DNA from: Ginglymostoma cirratum
Taxonomy: Eukaryota
Reading direction: 5' to 3'
DNA length: 64,000 nucleotides
Assembly: GCA_024137785.1 (NCBI GenBank)
Contig: JAHRHZ010000062.1
Location: 36,627,424 to 36,691,423, forward strand
The position numbers were made by a program, and so were the translations under genes. The notes under the pieces were generated by a model, which was not told where the DNA came from, ran no database searches, and saw only the letters and a program-made list of their open reading frames with translations. This document shows positions 13,831 through 26,230 of this stretch, in pieces (within the stretch, counting starts at the first letter, position 1; each line of letters starts with the position of its first letter).

Positions 13831-14429
13831 AGTGGTGATAATAGGGTCTTTTTCAGGATGCCAGCTGGTGACTAGCGGAATTCAGAAATCTGAAGCACAA
13901 AGGGATTTAGGAATCCTGAATTCTCTTAAGGTTAAAATGCAGTTTCAAGCCAAATGCAATGTTGGCATTCGTTTGAAGACGGCTAAAGTACAAGAGTAGT
14001 AAGGTACTGCTGAGGCTATATAAGTCTTTGGTCAGACTGCATTTGGAATATTGTGAGCAGCTTTGGGCCCTGTATCTAAGGAAGGATATGCTGGCCTTGG
14101 AGGGAATCCAGATGAGATTTACAACAATAACTCTGGTGATGAAGGTCTTATCACATGAGGAGCAGTTGAGGAATCTGGGTCTGTACTTGATGTAGTTAAG
14201 AAGGATGAGTGAGTATCTCTTTGAATATTACCAAATATTGAGAGGCCTGGATAGACCGGACATGGAGAAGAAGCTTCCATTGGTAAGCGAAATGAAGTCT
14301 TGTGGGCACAGCCCCAGAGTGAAGGGATGACACTTTAGAACTGAGATGAGGAGGAATTTCTTCAGCCAGAGGGTAGTAAATCTGTAGAACTCATTGACAC
14401 AGAGGGCTGTAAAGGCCAAGCCTATTTAA

Positions 14430-14571
14430 AATGTGGAGGTGCTGGTGTGGGACTGGTTTGGATAAAGTCATGAGTCACACAACACCAGGTGAAGTCACCT
14501 GACGAAGGAGCAGCGCTCCAAAAGCTTGTGATTTCAAATAAATCTGCTGGATTATTATCTGCTGATGTATG
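14430..14571. mobile_element. Penelope-derived family B insertion with decayed hammerhead core
   Basis: ctgacga-a-ggagc-agc-gctcc-aaaagctt starting at 14499. Imperfect 12-bp TSD aagcctatttaa/aagtctatttaa at 14418-14429 and 14572-14583. Confidence 0.7.
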
Positions 14572-15436
14572 AAGTCTATTTAAGACAGAGATAAATAGGT
14601 TCTTGATTAGTAGGGGAGAAGGTAAGCGAATAGAATTGAGAAATATATCAGCCATGACTGAATGGCAGAACAGACTCAATGTGTCAAATGGCCAATTCTA
14701 GTCCTATATCTTACGGTATAATCTAGCCATTGAAACATTTCTTGGAAAATCAGACTTTATTTCTCGAAAATGGGAATTTATTTTTACATTCTTACCATAT
14801 TTTACCAACAGTCTTGCCATTGCTCATGTCATTCAGAGGCTGGGAAAATTGAGCTCTATGTTTCTCCCATCAAATTTATCATAATGAAATGAAGTCTTTA
14901 GGCAGAAGGGAAATGTGGAGCAAAACAGCTCAAGGTTCTGCCATCAAAGATGCAGAGTTAGGAGAGACCAACATTGAAAGGCTTGAGAACACAGGTTCAG
15001 AGAGAGGGGGAGGGAGAGAGAGAGAGAAACTAAGAAAATTAATATAGGCACATGGAATAGAGCAATATGAAAGCAGAATGTAACAAAGTGATTTAGGAAT
15101 CTGAGTCCATAGGGAAAACCCAAAGTTATCAAAATGCAGTATCTATTTTATGAATGTAAAGGTCATTTGAGAGGTTCCAGACAGTCTGACTGAAGCATTT
15201 TCTGCTTCTGGGATGATTTCTGCACCTTGCAACTAAGTGCCTTTTTTGTTTTGTGCTTTTCTAAAAAAAAAAAAAATTACACCAGAATTTGAGCATGAAC
15301 CTTCACGAGTGTTGGGCAAGCAATGTACACTAGATTTTTTTTTTTTACAGATTATTGATGCAGGTATTTTATATATAATAATTGCACGTCATTATAACCC
15401 CTGAATGAAATATTAATTTATTTGTGCATTAAACAG

Positions 15437-15554
15437 ATGCAAAGATATTGTCTCCAGCTCATTCTACCTGTCAGTGGCAATATGAGACGTGCACCAACTC
15501 ATGCACCAGAACCTGTAAAGATCCCACAGGCAACATTTGTCGAACTCTACCAAG
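15437..15554 (+). CDS. OTOG: Otogelin coding exon (first visible in window), start of TIL-like Cys module
   Basis: Acceptor aaacag, donor gtatgt, phase 1 to 2. Translates (D)AKILSPAHSTCQWQYETCTNSCTRTCKDPTGNICRTLP, matching recalled vertebrate otogelin (CEWRYDACASPCFQTCRDP). Confidence 0.93.
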
Positions 15555-16063
15555 GTATGTGCACTATGGAAATATATGAACAGGTTGTAAATGCCTGGAA
15601 CCCTCCAGGCTGCTAAAGAATGGATATGAAGTATTTCAGTAACAAATTAAAGCAATTTAGAAGATTAAAAACTATGATCTTGATTTCTCAAACAAGTTTT
15701 TCTATCTGAGGAAGAGGAACTGAGCATACTATGTCAAAGACTCTACCATGCCTTTGTGCCATGATGTAAGAGTGGCAAGTGCCTGTAAACCACTGCACAG
15801 TAAGATCCTGTGAAATTCTCTTTCTTCATGCACAAAGAGGGTAGAAATTTCCCCTTGTGGTGTAGACAACTACCAATCACTCCTCTATAGTTGCAAAATG
15901 AAGTGCAAGAAAACATTGTCCATGGATTGGTTTGAAGGCTAGTACTTGGAAAATGACAATCAAATTGAAAACATATCAGAGTCAGATGAATTTTCCACAA
16001 TGTTATGGATGTGATGGTGCTCAACTAACTACCCAAATCAGAAAATGCAGACTTTGCAAACAT

Positions 16064-16634
16064 AGCAGGAACTGCAGATGCTGGAGCATCTGAGATAACA
16101 AGGTGTAGAGCTGGATGAACACAGCAGGCCAAGCAGCATCAGAGGAGCAGGAAGGCTGACGTTTCGGGCCTAGGTCTAGGCCTGGGTGGGNNNNNNNNNN
16201 NNNNNNNNNNNNNNNNNNNNNNNNNNNNNNNNNNNNNNNNNNNNNNNNNNNNNNNNNNNNNNNNNNNNNNNNNNNNNNNNNNNNNNNNNNNNNNNNNNNN
16301 NNNNNNNNNNNNNNNNNNNNNNNNNNNNNNNNNNNNNNNNNNNNNNNNNNNNNNNNNNNNNNNNNNNNNNNNNNNNNNNNNNNNNNNNNNNNNNNNNNNN
16401 NNNNNNNNNNNNNNNNNNNNNNNNNNNNNNNNNNNNNNNNNNNNNNNNNNNNNNNNNNNNNNNNNNNNNNNNNNNNNNNNNNNNNNNNNNNNNNNNNNNN
16501 NNNNNNNNNNNNNNNNNNNNNNNNNNNNNNNNNNNNNNNNNNNNNNNNNNNNNNNNNNNNNNNNNNNNNNNNNNNNNNNNNNNNNNNNNNTGATGCTGCT
16601 TGGCCTGCTGTGTTCATCCAGCTCTACATCTTGT
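16064..16634. mobile_element. Palindromic Penelope-derived family A insertion spanning a gap
   Basis: Inverted arms lie on both sides of the N run. 12-bp TSD ctttgcaaacat at 16052-16063 and 16635-16646. Confidence 0.75.
16191..16590. other. Assembly gap (400 N)
   Basis: Run of N. Confidence 1.
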
Positions 16635-17242
16635 CTTTGCAAACATGTTCTCTCAGTTTGAAATGCCATATCAGTTTGTTATAACTGCATGTTGTACATT
16701 TTCAAGGAAAATGATTATTCACACAAGAATGGGAATCTGGTACCAGAGAGATCAAATATCTCATTGTGCAGACTTTTTCATATTGAACAAAATACCACTT
16801 TGCAGATGCGTGGCTACTTTGAAATGGTCACCTTTGTCACACAGGTTTGCATGTGATATGTAAGATAAAAGTTCTGTTGCCTGAGTTGTAAATTCACAAT
16901 TTACTTGCATCTTTATTTTCGAAATTTAGTAAGTATTTAAATTAATTTTGTTGAAAGCATTTCTTCATTTTTATAGTGCAAAACCATATTATGTGAAAAT
17001 GCAAGGAAACAACAGTACAACTAGGCTAACTAGGAGCGAGTTGCACATGTGCTGTGAGACAATTTATATCCATGTGCAAAGTACAACATCAACCCAACAA
17101 AATACTCATTTTGATTTGGGGTGACATTTAACCATCTGATATAACAACTGATAAAATTCCACTAGCTATTTTCGAAGATATTCAGTAAAAATCCAGGCTT
17201 TTGAGGTAATGTTACTTCAAAAACAGTAAGGAAATGAGCTGA

Positions 17243-17337
17243 CTGAAAACAACAAATGCTGGAGATCTCAGCAAGTCAGACAGCATCTGTGGAGAGAGAG
17301 CAAGCTAACATTGGCTTGCTGTCTCTCCATGGATGCT
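17243..17337. mobile_element. Short palindromic Penelope-derived fragment (family C)
   Basis: gcatctgtggagagagagcaagc is roughly inverted relative to gcttgctgtctctccatggatgc. Similar to the element at 52270-52478. Confidence 0.55.
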
Positions 17338-17816
17338 TAAGTATCTGAAGGAAACAAGTTAATTTAACTGGCTAATTTTAATCATTACAAAATGCACCTG
17401 CACTTATTCTTAATTTAAGAATTTACAAATACAGCTTATTGAGAAAACAAGGGTATTTGGTTGCATAAATACAATTTAAATGATTATGTTGTTTGATCAA
17501 CTGAACAGTGGCAAAGTATTTACATCTTTTCCATTTTCAGTCTTAAGTGTGATCATGTGACTGAAATTAATGATACAGGAGCTTAAATCTTGTGAAGAGC
17601 ATGCATTTATCATTTTTTTTCCAAAATGAAACAGGTGATGACACAGATAACAAAGTGTGGAGCTTTTGGCTAACAGATTTACTTCCTGAATTTTTGAATT
17701 TTTATTGTCACGCACTGTCTGTGGACTGCTGCAAAACTGGCAGATATGACAGTCCTATTGTTGCATTACCAGTAAGTGATAATATTCATGAATAAGCTCA
17801 GATGTCTCAGTATCCC

Positions 17817-17896
17817 GGGGGGGGGGGGGGGCGGGGGGGGGGGCCCGCCGCCGCACCAAGCACCCCCCACCCCCCCCCCCACCCCCCCCCCCCCCC
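17817..17896. repeat. Poly-G/poly-C low-complexity run next to a gap
   Basis: G and C homopolymers abutting the N run. Probably low-quality sequence. Confidence 0.8.
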
Positions 17897-17909
17897 AAAA
17901 CCACAAAAC

Positions 17910-18009
17910 NNNNNNNNNNNNNNNNNNNNNNNNNNNNNNNNNNNNNNNNNNNNNNNNNNNNNNNNNNNNNNNNNNNNNNNNNNNNNNNNNNNNNNNNNNN
18001 NNNNNNNNN
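17910..18009. other. Assembly gap (100 N, probably a placeholder size)
   Basis: Run of exactly 100 N. Confidence 1.

Positions 18010-18011
<2 letters not shown>

Positions 18012-18047
<36 letters not shown>
18012..18047. repeat. (CA)n microsatellite
   Basis: About 18 CA units. Confidence 0.95.
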
Positions 18048-18050
<3 letters not shown>

Positions 18051-18254
18051 CGACGTCCTGCCCACCCTCCACATTGGGCCATGTCCAATTCAGAGGCAAT
18101 TTCAAGAATATTCATTATACAACTGAGTGTAATTTAACTATCTCATTCTGGTGAGCTTAGTGCAGATATGATGTGGTGGCAGCTTCAAGATGTGATATGT
18201 TTTCCTCAAATTATTGTTTATAAAAAAAAAAGACTTGGACAAGAACAATAGTAA

Positions 18255-18825
18255 CAGTATTGGCAAAAATCTGTAGCTCGGGTTGTGGGTGAGGTTGTTG
18301 ACTTGCTCGCCGAGCTGGCTTGTTTTTGTTCAGACGATGTCACCTAGCTGGTGATGAAACATCAGTGTAGCCTCCGATGAAGCCATGTTATTCTACTCCG
18401 CTTGGAATTTACACTGTCCATCCCATTATGGTGAGTACTGTCATTTCCGGTTTTGATCTGTATGGGTTTGTATACGGGGTCCAATTCTATAGGTTTGTTG
18501 ATTAATGTTTAAGTTTAATGATCAAGTTTATCAGGACAAAGCAACCATAGTAGCCCAAGCCAAACATAGATATGCATGGGAATTCCTAGAGGCATGGTTC
18601 TCAACTCATAATGCAATCAACAAACCTATAGAATTGGACTCCATATACAAACCCATACAGATCAGAACCGGAAATGACAGTACTCACCACAGACCGGACA
18701 GTATAAATTCCAAGTGGAGTAAAATAACATTGCTTCATTGGAGGGTCCACTGATGATGTCACCTAGCATGGTGATGAAACATCTGAACAAAAACGAGCCA
18801 GCTCAGCGAGCAAGTCAACAACCTC
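18255..18825 (+). mobile_element. Penelope-like element 3' end with inverted pseudo-LTR, GIY-YIG C-terminal remnant and hammerhead core (family D)
   Basis: ORF 18505..18753 contains DKATIVAQAKHRYAWEFLEAWFSTHNAINKPIELDSIYKPI. Segment about 18290-18503 is the reverse complement of about 18615-18826. Core ctgatga-tgtcacc-tagcat-ggtgat-gaaa-catc at 18750-18783. TSD aacaatagtaa at 18244-18254 and 18826-18836. Confidence 0.85.
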
Positions 18826-21249
18826 AACAATAGTAATAATTTAATATTGAAGGGTTGAAAGTTTGCTGTTACAGTTTTTGAAACTTTGGGCAAATGGTCG
18901 TTGAATGGATCCGACATAATGTTGCAAATAAGTTAAACAGATTTCGTTTTCACCCCTAACATGCAACAAATCAACTGTGAATACATGGTGATTTAAGAGT
19001 CTTTTTAATTTAAATCTTGGTTGTAAGCTTTTAGTAAAATTGCTAAACTGTCAGCACAACTTAATCGTAGGTGTAATGTACAATCATATTATATCAAATT
19101 ATGAAATGCACTCACCCGAAAATCTGCATCCTGAATTATCTTTTTTGCTCCATCAACACCTCTGCAAGCTTAAAACTACTTAATTTCCAGATTTTTTTTC
19201 TTTGCACAGCTGTATAAATTTCCTGCATTCTGCTATAATATTTATCCCACCATGATATTGTTCAATAAACACCGCAAAATAATATTTATGCTCCTTTTTT
19301 TGAAAAAAAATCCATCAACATTAATCTCTATGTGAGGTCCTTTCTTCAATTTTTTTGAAAAAAATGAAACACAAATCCCTAGGCATGTCATGTATGCATG
19401 TGCTATGTCTAAGAATTTAAAATCAGTTTATTTGTTTGGAGGATCAGATCCAAGGCTCACATCCATCTGTGCACATTCACAACATTTCATTCTCCTATCA
19501 CTATTTCTTTGGCTATTTTAGGCTCTCTTTGAATAATGTCGGCTTTTGACAACTGAGTGACCATTTCAGCTTTTAATATCGTCAACATGTCTCCTGTTAT
19601 TTGTCTGCAATAAATATTCCCAACTTTCAGAAAATAAGTTGGAATGAATAGAGAAAATGTACATCGCAGTATTTTTGAACTTGCACAATTTTTAATTGCT
19701 AGGATTATAGTCAAAACAGAATTTCTCCCCCACCCACCTATTTTCCTCCCCCATCTTGACTTGAGCAAGCATTTAGTTACTAAGTGTCTGCAGCTTCCGG
19801 CACAGTTAAGTTGCTGACTATAAACATTTACATTTCTTGAATATGAGCTTCCACGGTCAGTATTTGACCATGAAGAGAAGCACAGATAAACCCTTTCTGT
19901 CCTAACCCAATATCCATACATAATATAGGTACTTTCCATCCATTGTTACACGATGTTGATCAGGAGTGTTAATTTTGGGTATTTTGGCTCAGTATTGCTC
20001 TGGTAAGATGAGGTGTGCAGATTTTGTTGCTGAACTGGCTGAATGAGCATTCGTATATCGGGACTGAACACACAAGTTTTTACTCATTTTTGTTATTTAT
20101 ATAATCATGCAAATTATGCATACTTGCACCCTGTTGTGCTTTATTAATACTTCTAACAACATCAAAGGTAATATTTATATATAAGTGAATTCTTCTATTG
20201 CCTAAGAATGCCACATTCAATACCGCCTTGCAGAACTGGTTTCTAAATTTATAGAAGTAAAGCCCAGTGTCTAAAACCAGTAGATTAGCCAGCTGCACAG
20301 TCTTAAGCCCCACTATTAGATATCTGAAAAACTATATACATATATAAGAAAATACGGCATATTGTTAAATAAAAGTCACACAGCACTAGATAGCCTCCTA
20401 AATAGGACTACAATTGTCACTGCACTGGAGACGAGATATTGAAACATGTTTATCAGCATGGCACAGGTGGTTCCCAAAGGCTGATTTATATTTATAAAAA
20501 TAACCATGTATTTAACATTTTTTTTTGGATGCAGAGTGTAAATGTTTACCTTCATCACCTAAGTAGAGGAATCCAAGTAGTTTTATATAAATCATTAGGA
20601 CAAACGATTCAGATCTCCCTTGCCAACCCTGTATCTAATTTCTCTTCTCCTGTCGGCACGGACTTCTTGTAAAGCTACAGTTCAGTGCAATTCACCACAT
20701 TTCAGCACCTTATCTAAGTTTCCAGAGTGTCTGAGGAGCTGGAGGACTGGCAAGTAAGTAAAATCAGGGATGTTCAAGAGATCAGAATTAGAAACATCCA
20801 TAGTAAGTGATGAATGTTGAAGCTGTACCATGGTATTTCTGTTTCTTTAAAATTCTGGGCCACATAGGCTTCAAATGGTTTTAGTGCTGCACAAACACTT
20901 TTAAAATATATCTCCCATTCCTTGTAATGCACCCTTTAAATTTTTCTAAACTGTTATAGGTTACGTTGTACTTGAGATTCTCATGTGTTACTCTACACCA
21001 AAAAACTCTGATATCCCATGAAGAGTTAAACGAAAATAACAATAAAAAGCTTGTCATAATTTGAACTGCAAATTTTTACATAGGGGGAGTACTTTTTGTT
21101 TCTAAACAAAGGTGGGAATAAAACATGTATGCCATCTATATGATGAAAGGATGAGGAAATCACAAGAATTGCAACCTGACAGATAGAGGCTATTCTGCAT
21201 ATTGTTCCTTTGGAAAGCTGACACTCGTTCGAATCATGACTACTGCTGT

Positions 21250-22180
21250 CTTTTCCCCATATACCTGCATGTTCTTCCTTTTCAAATAACAATTCATGCT
21301 CGAATGCCTCAATTCAACCTGCCTTCACCATATTCTTAGGCAGCACATTTCAGATCCTAACCACTCACTGTAACAAAAATTCTGTAAGTTTCCTTTGCTT
21401 TTTTTTAAAAACCAGTCACTGTAAATCTTTGCCGCCTTGTTTTCAACTCTTCCACCAAGAGGAACAACTTATCTTTTCCTTATCTACTCTGTCTGAACTC
21501 CTTGAGATTGTGAATATCTCTAGCAGTTTTTAACTCAGGACTGTTTTTACTTGAACAGATATTTAAGTTCTCCTGTCCCTCTATGTAACGGAAGTTTCTC
21601 ATCTTTGAATCACTCCAGTAAACCTCTTCTGTACTCTGTCTAATCCTTTCACACCTTTCCTAAAGTGTGGCACCAGAACTTGATGCAGTACTCCAGTTGA
21701 GGCCAAACCTGCATATTGTACAAGTTTAAGAAGCCCTTTTTCATTAATGCTCCATGCTGATATTAAATGAGCTGGAGATACTGTATGCTTTATTAACCGC
21801 GCGCTCTCTCTCAAGCTGTCTTGCACCTTCAACGATTTGTGCATATTCTTACCTGGCACTTTCTGCCCTTGCAATTCCTTTACATTTATACCCTTTGATT
21901 TATATTGTCTATCTGCAATTTTCCAAAATGAGCCATTTCACACTTCTCTATATTGAAATCCAACTGCCAGTAATCCATCTATTCCGCCGACCTGTCTGTG
22001 TCCTCTTGATGTTCTGCACTATTCTTGCCACAGTATATTGCTTCCAAGGTTTGTATTTTCTGCATATTTTGAAATTGAATTGTGCTCCAATGTCTATGTC
22101 ATTAATATTTGTTACAAAAAGGACCCAAGAGCCAACTATTTGAAAACTTGACTCATAGCCTTCCTCCAATCTGAAAAAAT
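21250..22180 (-). mobile_element. CR1 LINE 3' fragment
   Basis: Reverse ORFs contain GSWVLFVTNINDIDIG and PHFRKGVKGLDRVQKRFTGVI. Confidence 0.75.
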
Positions 22181-22196
22181 ATTCATTAACCAGTAC

Positions 22197-22349
22197 AGAG
22201 ACAGTAAGAACTGCCGATGCTGGAGCTTCAGATAACAGAGTGTGTTCAGAAAATTTTCTGAAGAAGGGTCCTGACCCAAAACGTCAGTTTTCCTACTTCT
22301 TCAATGCTGCCTGGCCTGCTGTGCTCCTCCAGCTCCACACCGTGTTATC
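22197..22349. mobile_element. Penelope-derived family A insertion, partly palindromic
   Basis: ctgaaga-a-gggtc-ct-gaccc-aaaacgtc from 22258. 15-bp TSD ttcattaaccagtac at 22182-22196 and 22350-22364. Confidence 0.85.
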
Positions 22350-22519
22350 TTCATTAACCAGTACTCCTTGTTTCCTGACACTCAGATAATTTCATATTTG
22401 TGTTGCAACCTTCTCTTTTTATCCTATGAGCATTAGGATTAGGGAATGTTCAGGAAACAAAGGTTTGATTTTCTTTTTCATTTCCTTGGAGGATAGAACA
22501 AAATCTTTTTAAAAGATAT

Positions 22520-22770
22520 ACATTGTTCATGAGATGGGACCATGCTAGCAAGGCAATAATTTATATCCCGTCCTGAATTTCCGGTAAGAATGTGACGATA
22601 AGCTGCTGCCCTTAACTGCTCTAGCCCAGGTGATGTAGGTATACCCACAGTGCTTTGGAAGAGGATGTTGACCCAGTGACAATGAAAGATGACAATATAG
22701 TTCCAGGTCAGGACGGTGTGTGACTTGGAGGGGAACATGGTGATTGTGTTCCCTTGTAGCAGTGACAGCA
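22520..22770 (-). mobile_element. LINE 3' end sharing its tail with the DeuSINE-like SINE
   Basis: The reverse complement matches the 3' part of 47870-48610 (ttccc-tccaagtcacacaccgtcctgac). Confidence 0.65.
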
Positions 22771-23182
22771 GATACATGGTAGAGATTAGGGAAAGAAGGT
22801 AACATATCAAAAATGAAACAGATTTTGGGGTCCCAATCGATGATAATTTGGAGATTTTACAACAGTGTTCTGTAGCAATGAGCAAGGCAAGTCAGATTTT
22901 CAGAAATAGAAGGCTGAGCTTGAATCTAAATTTCAAAAGGATCAAGCCACTTTATGAATCATCTGTACAGCCATTTAAAGCATTTTGATAAAATGTTGGT
23001 TAAAGGGACAGAACACAGTGATTACTGAGTGTTTTGGACTGTAAGCACAGATAAATGGTCTCCCTTAGGTGTTAGCTTCAGGCCCCTGTTCTGCTCAATA
23101 TTTCTAAATAATTTGTGTTTGAGTATATTGTAAATACCTAATACTTAAAGAGTACTGAATAATCCAATTTTGTTTTCTTAAG

Positions 23183-23262
23183 TGTGGAAGGTTGTGTACC
23201 TCACTGTCCGCTCAACATGGTGTTTGATGAAGATACACAGAGATGCGTGTATCCAGAGGATT
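23183..23262 (+). CDS. OTOG: Otogelin coding exon, end of TIL-like module
   Basis: Acceptor ttcttaag, donor gtaagt, phase 2 to 1. Translates (S)[26 protein letters not shown](C); recalled otogelin has VEGCVPVCP...DEVTQRCVYLEDC. Confidence 0.95.
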
Positions 23263-24589
23263 GTAAGTGACTGGTTTATCTTTGTTTTCCTGCACATAAC
23301 TGAGGTTGAAATGTGCCAAAAAAAATTCCTGACAAAATACAAAGTAATGTAGATATTAGAAAGCTGAAGCAAAATATAAGAGAATGGTGGAATTACACAA
23401 GATGGTCAGTCAATGAGAACAGATGATTTTTACATTTTCAGGCACAATCCTGCAGAAATCTAGAGTTGAATTGGTTGTCTTCCCACAAATCTTTCTGTCC
23501 CGTTTTTCCGTTTCTATGTGTGTTTCTAAGTTAGTCTGCAACTTGGTGTGAAATCAAGCCTTGATTGAAAAAAAATCGAATGAAAGACACCTGACTGTAA
23601 CTATGATAGCCCCATGTGAAGTAACTCTGGGCAAACTTAATCTGCTTTCTAAAGCAAATATTTAGGTACGCAACATAGAACTCTCTCACTCTTTAAATCA
23701 GAAATCTTGTACAAAAGATGTACGTATATGATACATGTGAAGTGGAACGGAGGTATTTTGGTTTGGGATTTAATAGTGAGACAGATTTAATCCACACTCA
23801 ACCAATCTGTTTTTGAGATTCAAGTACTTAATGCTGATATTGAGTGCTTGAAACAAGGTACAAGCACACAGATACGACATTAAATGTATTTGGGTGATAC
23901 CCATAGCTATTGTTGTGTATTAGTTAACATATCTGACAGAGCAACTTGTTTACAGAAGAATCAAGTTAATTGTATGTTTGGATACTTCAATATGATAAAG
24001 AAAACAAGGAATGATTTTTTTTTAAGATACAAGGCTATGCAGACTTTAAAGTTTGAGGGTAAACTCCTGATTTCTGTTTAAACAGATGATGCCAGTCAGT
24101 TTCAGCAGAATGTGCTACAGTTAACATTGGGACTTTCAGGGTTGTATAGGTGAATTTATCTAACACTCTGATCTGATCAGTATCAATTAGCAGCCACTGG
24201 AAGTGTACATATAAGGGCAAAATGGGCTAGGCTTTATATTTCTCTCAAATAAAGAGTTTGCAGACATTCCTTATCTAGACTGTCTTTTGGAAAATAGTCA
24301 CTAAGCAAGATACATAAATCTCCTGAATTTGGGTTTATAAATATGTGACACCTAATTAGAGTTCACTAAACAGAACTTACATAATTTTTGAGGCTGTTCT
24401 GTCTCTGTGCATATATATATAACTGTGCATGAATCAGAATTTAAAATATCTGCGTAATTCATCAGCTGAAAGTGTGTTGAGCTCTCAATACAATGAGTAA
24501 TATTGAGGGTGAATTTGTTGGCATAGATGCATGCTAAATCTCGAATGTGAGCCCGATAGGACTCTGCACAAATTTGTCAGTGCAAATTC

Positions 24590-25480
24590 CATTCCTGAAA
24601 GTAAGCGTACAGATGCAGCAGGTAATAAAGAAGGCAAACTTAATATTGATCTTCATAGCAAGAGGATTCGAGTACAGAAACAAAGATGCCTTGCTGTAAT
24701 TACACAGGCTGTTAGTGAGACCACAACTGGAATATCATGAGCAGTTTTGGTTTCCTTATCTGAGGAAGGATACTTGTGCTAGAGAGGAAATGCAGTGAAT
24801 GTTTACCAAATTGATTCCTGCGATGGCAAGGACTGATGTATAAAGAGAGATTGAGTCAATTAGGATTGTATTATAGAGTCTTAGTGTCACACAGCATGGA
24901 AACAGATCCAACTAGTCCATGCCAACAATGTTCCCAAACTAAACTAGTCCTACTTGTCTGCATTTGGCCCGTATCCCTCCAAACCTTACCTATTTATGAA
25001 CTTATTCAAATGTCTTTTAAATGTTGTAACTGTACCTGCGTTCATCACTTCCATTGGCCGTTCATTCCACGTGCTAGTCACTCTCTGTGAAGTGGGGTCT
25101 CCTAGAAACCTATAAAATTCTAACAGGATCAGACAGGTTAGATGCAAGAAGGATGTTCCCGATGGTGGGGGAGTTTAGATCCAGATGTCATGGTTTAAGG
25201 ATTATGGGTAAACCTCTTAACACTGAGATGAGGAGAAATTTCTCCAGTCAGAGAAATCAGTGAGCCTGTGGAATTCACTACCACAGAAAGGAGTTGAGGC
25301 TAAAACATTGTATTTTCAAGACGAAGGTGTGTATAGCTCTTGTTGCTAAAGGGATCAAGGAGTATGTGGAGAGAATGGGATTAGGATATTGAGCTTGATG
25401 ATCAGCCATGCTTATAGTGAATGGCGGAGAAGGCTGAACAGGTCGAATGGCTCACTCTTGCTCCGATCTTCTATGTTTCT
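24590..25480 (+). mobile_element. CR1 LINE 3' fragment containing an opposite-strand CR1 3' end at about 24870-25090
   Basis: LVRPQLEYHEQFWFPYLRKD-type coding and a CR1 3'UTR ending in ttctatgtttctatgt. The internal block starting atagagtc...acagcatggaaacag is a minus-strand CR1 tail. Confidence 0.8.
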
Positions 25481-26230
25481 ATGTAATCCACACATGCACA
25501 GATGCAATGATGTAATGTTTTGTTTACCTATTTTAAGCTATAGTCCACTTTTCATGCAGTACCTTGCACGTGTAGAAGAAGTTTTAACGAGTGTAATTTA
25601 GTCAATGGAAATCAAAAATACATTTACTCATTCATCAATAACTCCCCCAAATGACTATTTTGATTATGGAATTTTGTTAGGGAAACAAAGATATGATATG
25701 TTTCTAGTTTTATTCTATACTGTAGTGAAAACAAACATTCTTATTTATGTATTTTTGGTAATTTACTTAATGGTTTATATATTTTATGTATTGTATGCAA
25801 GGTAAAATTCAGTTGCAAGTTAATGGTTCTACCAGAAGATACAATACAATGAGGAGTTGAATGAGGCTTAGGCCAATGGTGTCCACATTGCTCACAATCT
25901 TCCCTGGGTCTTGATTGAGAACCTGACCCAATCTCACAGGATAGATGTTTCCTGCCCACTCTAGGATCCCCAAACTTGCACTTTTAAAATTCAGTCATAT
26001 ATCCTAATATCCGATTAAGTTCCAACAGAACAAAACTTCATCCAAACTAGAAAACAAAAGAGTCAAATTACAATAAGAATTTCTAAGGCAAGAACTAATT
26101 TGTTGAATCGTAGAAAATTAGTGCAAACCCCAAACGTATATACACTAAATGTATCTGACTTCTCATTGCTTAAGCTATGTTAAAATTGTAGTAGTCGGGA
26201 GCTAATATATACTTACTCTTTCTTTCTTAG

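Larger units (their letters stand above)
13080..14720 (+). mobile_element. CR1 LINE, RT to 3' end, internally deleted
   Basis: ORF 13320..13640 reads PLFKKG...GNYRPVSLT...QHGFVKGRSCMTN...AFDKV. The 3' part has LVRLHLEYCEQLW and a CR1 3'UTR. It hosts two Penelope-derived insertions. Confidence 0.9.

Noticed and set aside
15351-15363. Possible 13-nt micro-exon (T-tract-acag attattgatgcag gtattt)
   Set aside because: The donor is weak, the downstream intron would be only 73 nt, and the protein alignment does not need it. It cannot be supported without RNA data.
1-15436. Upstream OTOG exon (AbfB-like domain) or a second gene
   Set aside because: I found no splice-bounded segment with matching translation. 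The ORFs here are transposon relics or chance, though a small exon could have been missed by eye.
16021-18137. Long ORFs containing X runs, poly-Gly/Pro or CV/HT repeats
   Set aside because: They are artefacts of N gaps, homopolymers and a CA microsatellite.
19487-19939. 150-aa minus-strand ORF
   Set aside because: It has no recognisable domain or exon structure and lies in an AT-rich intron, so it is probably a chance ORF.
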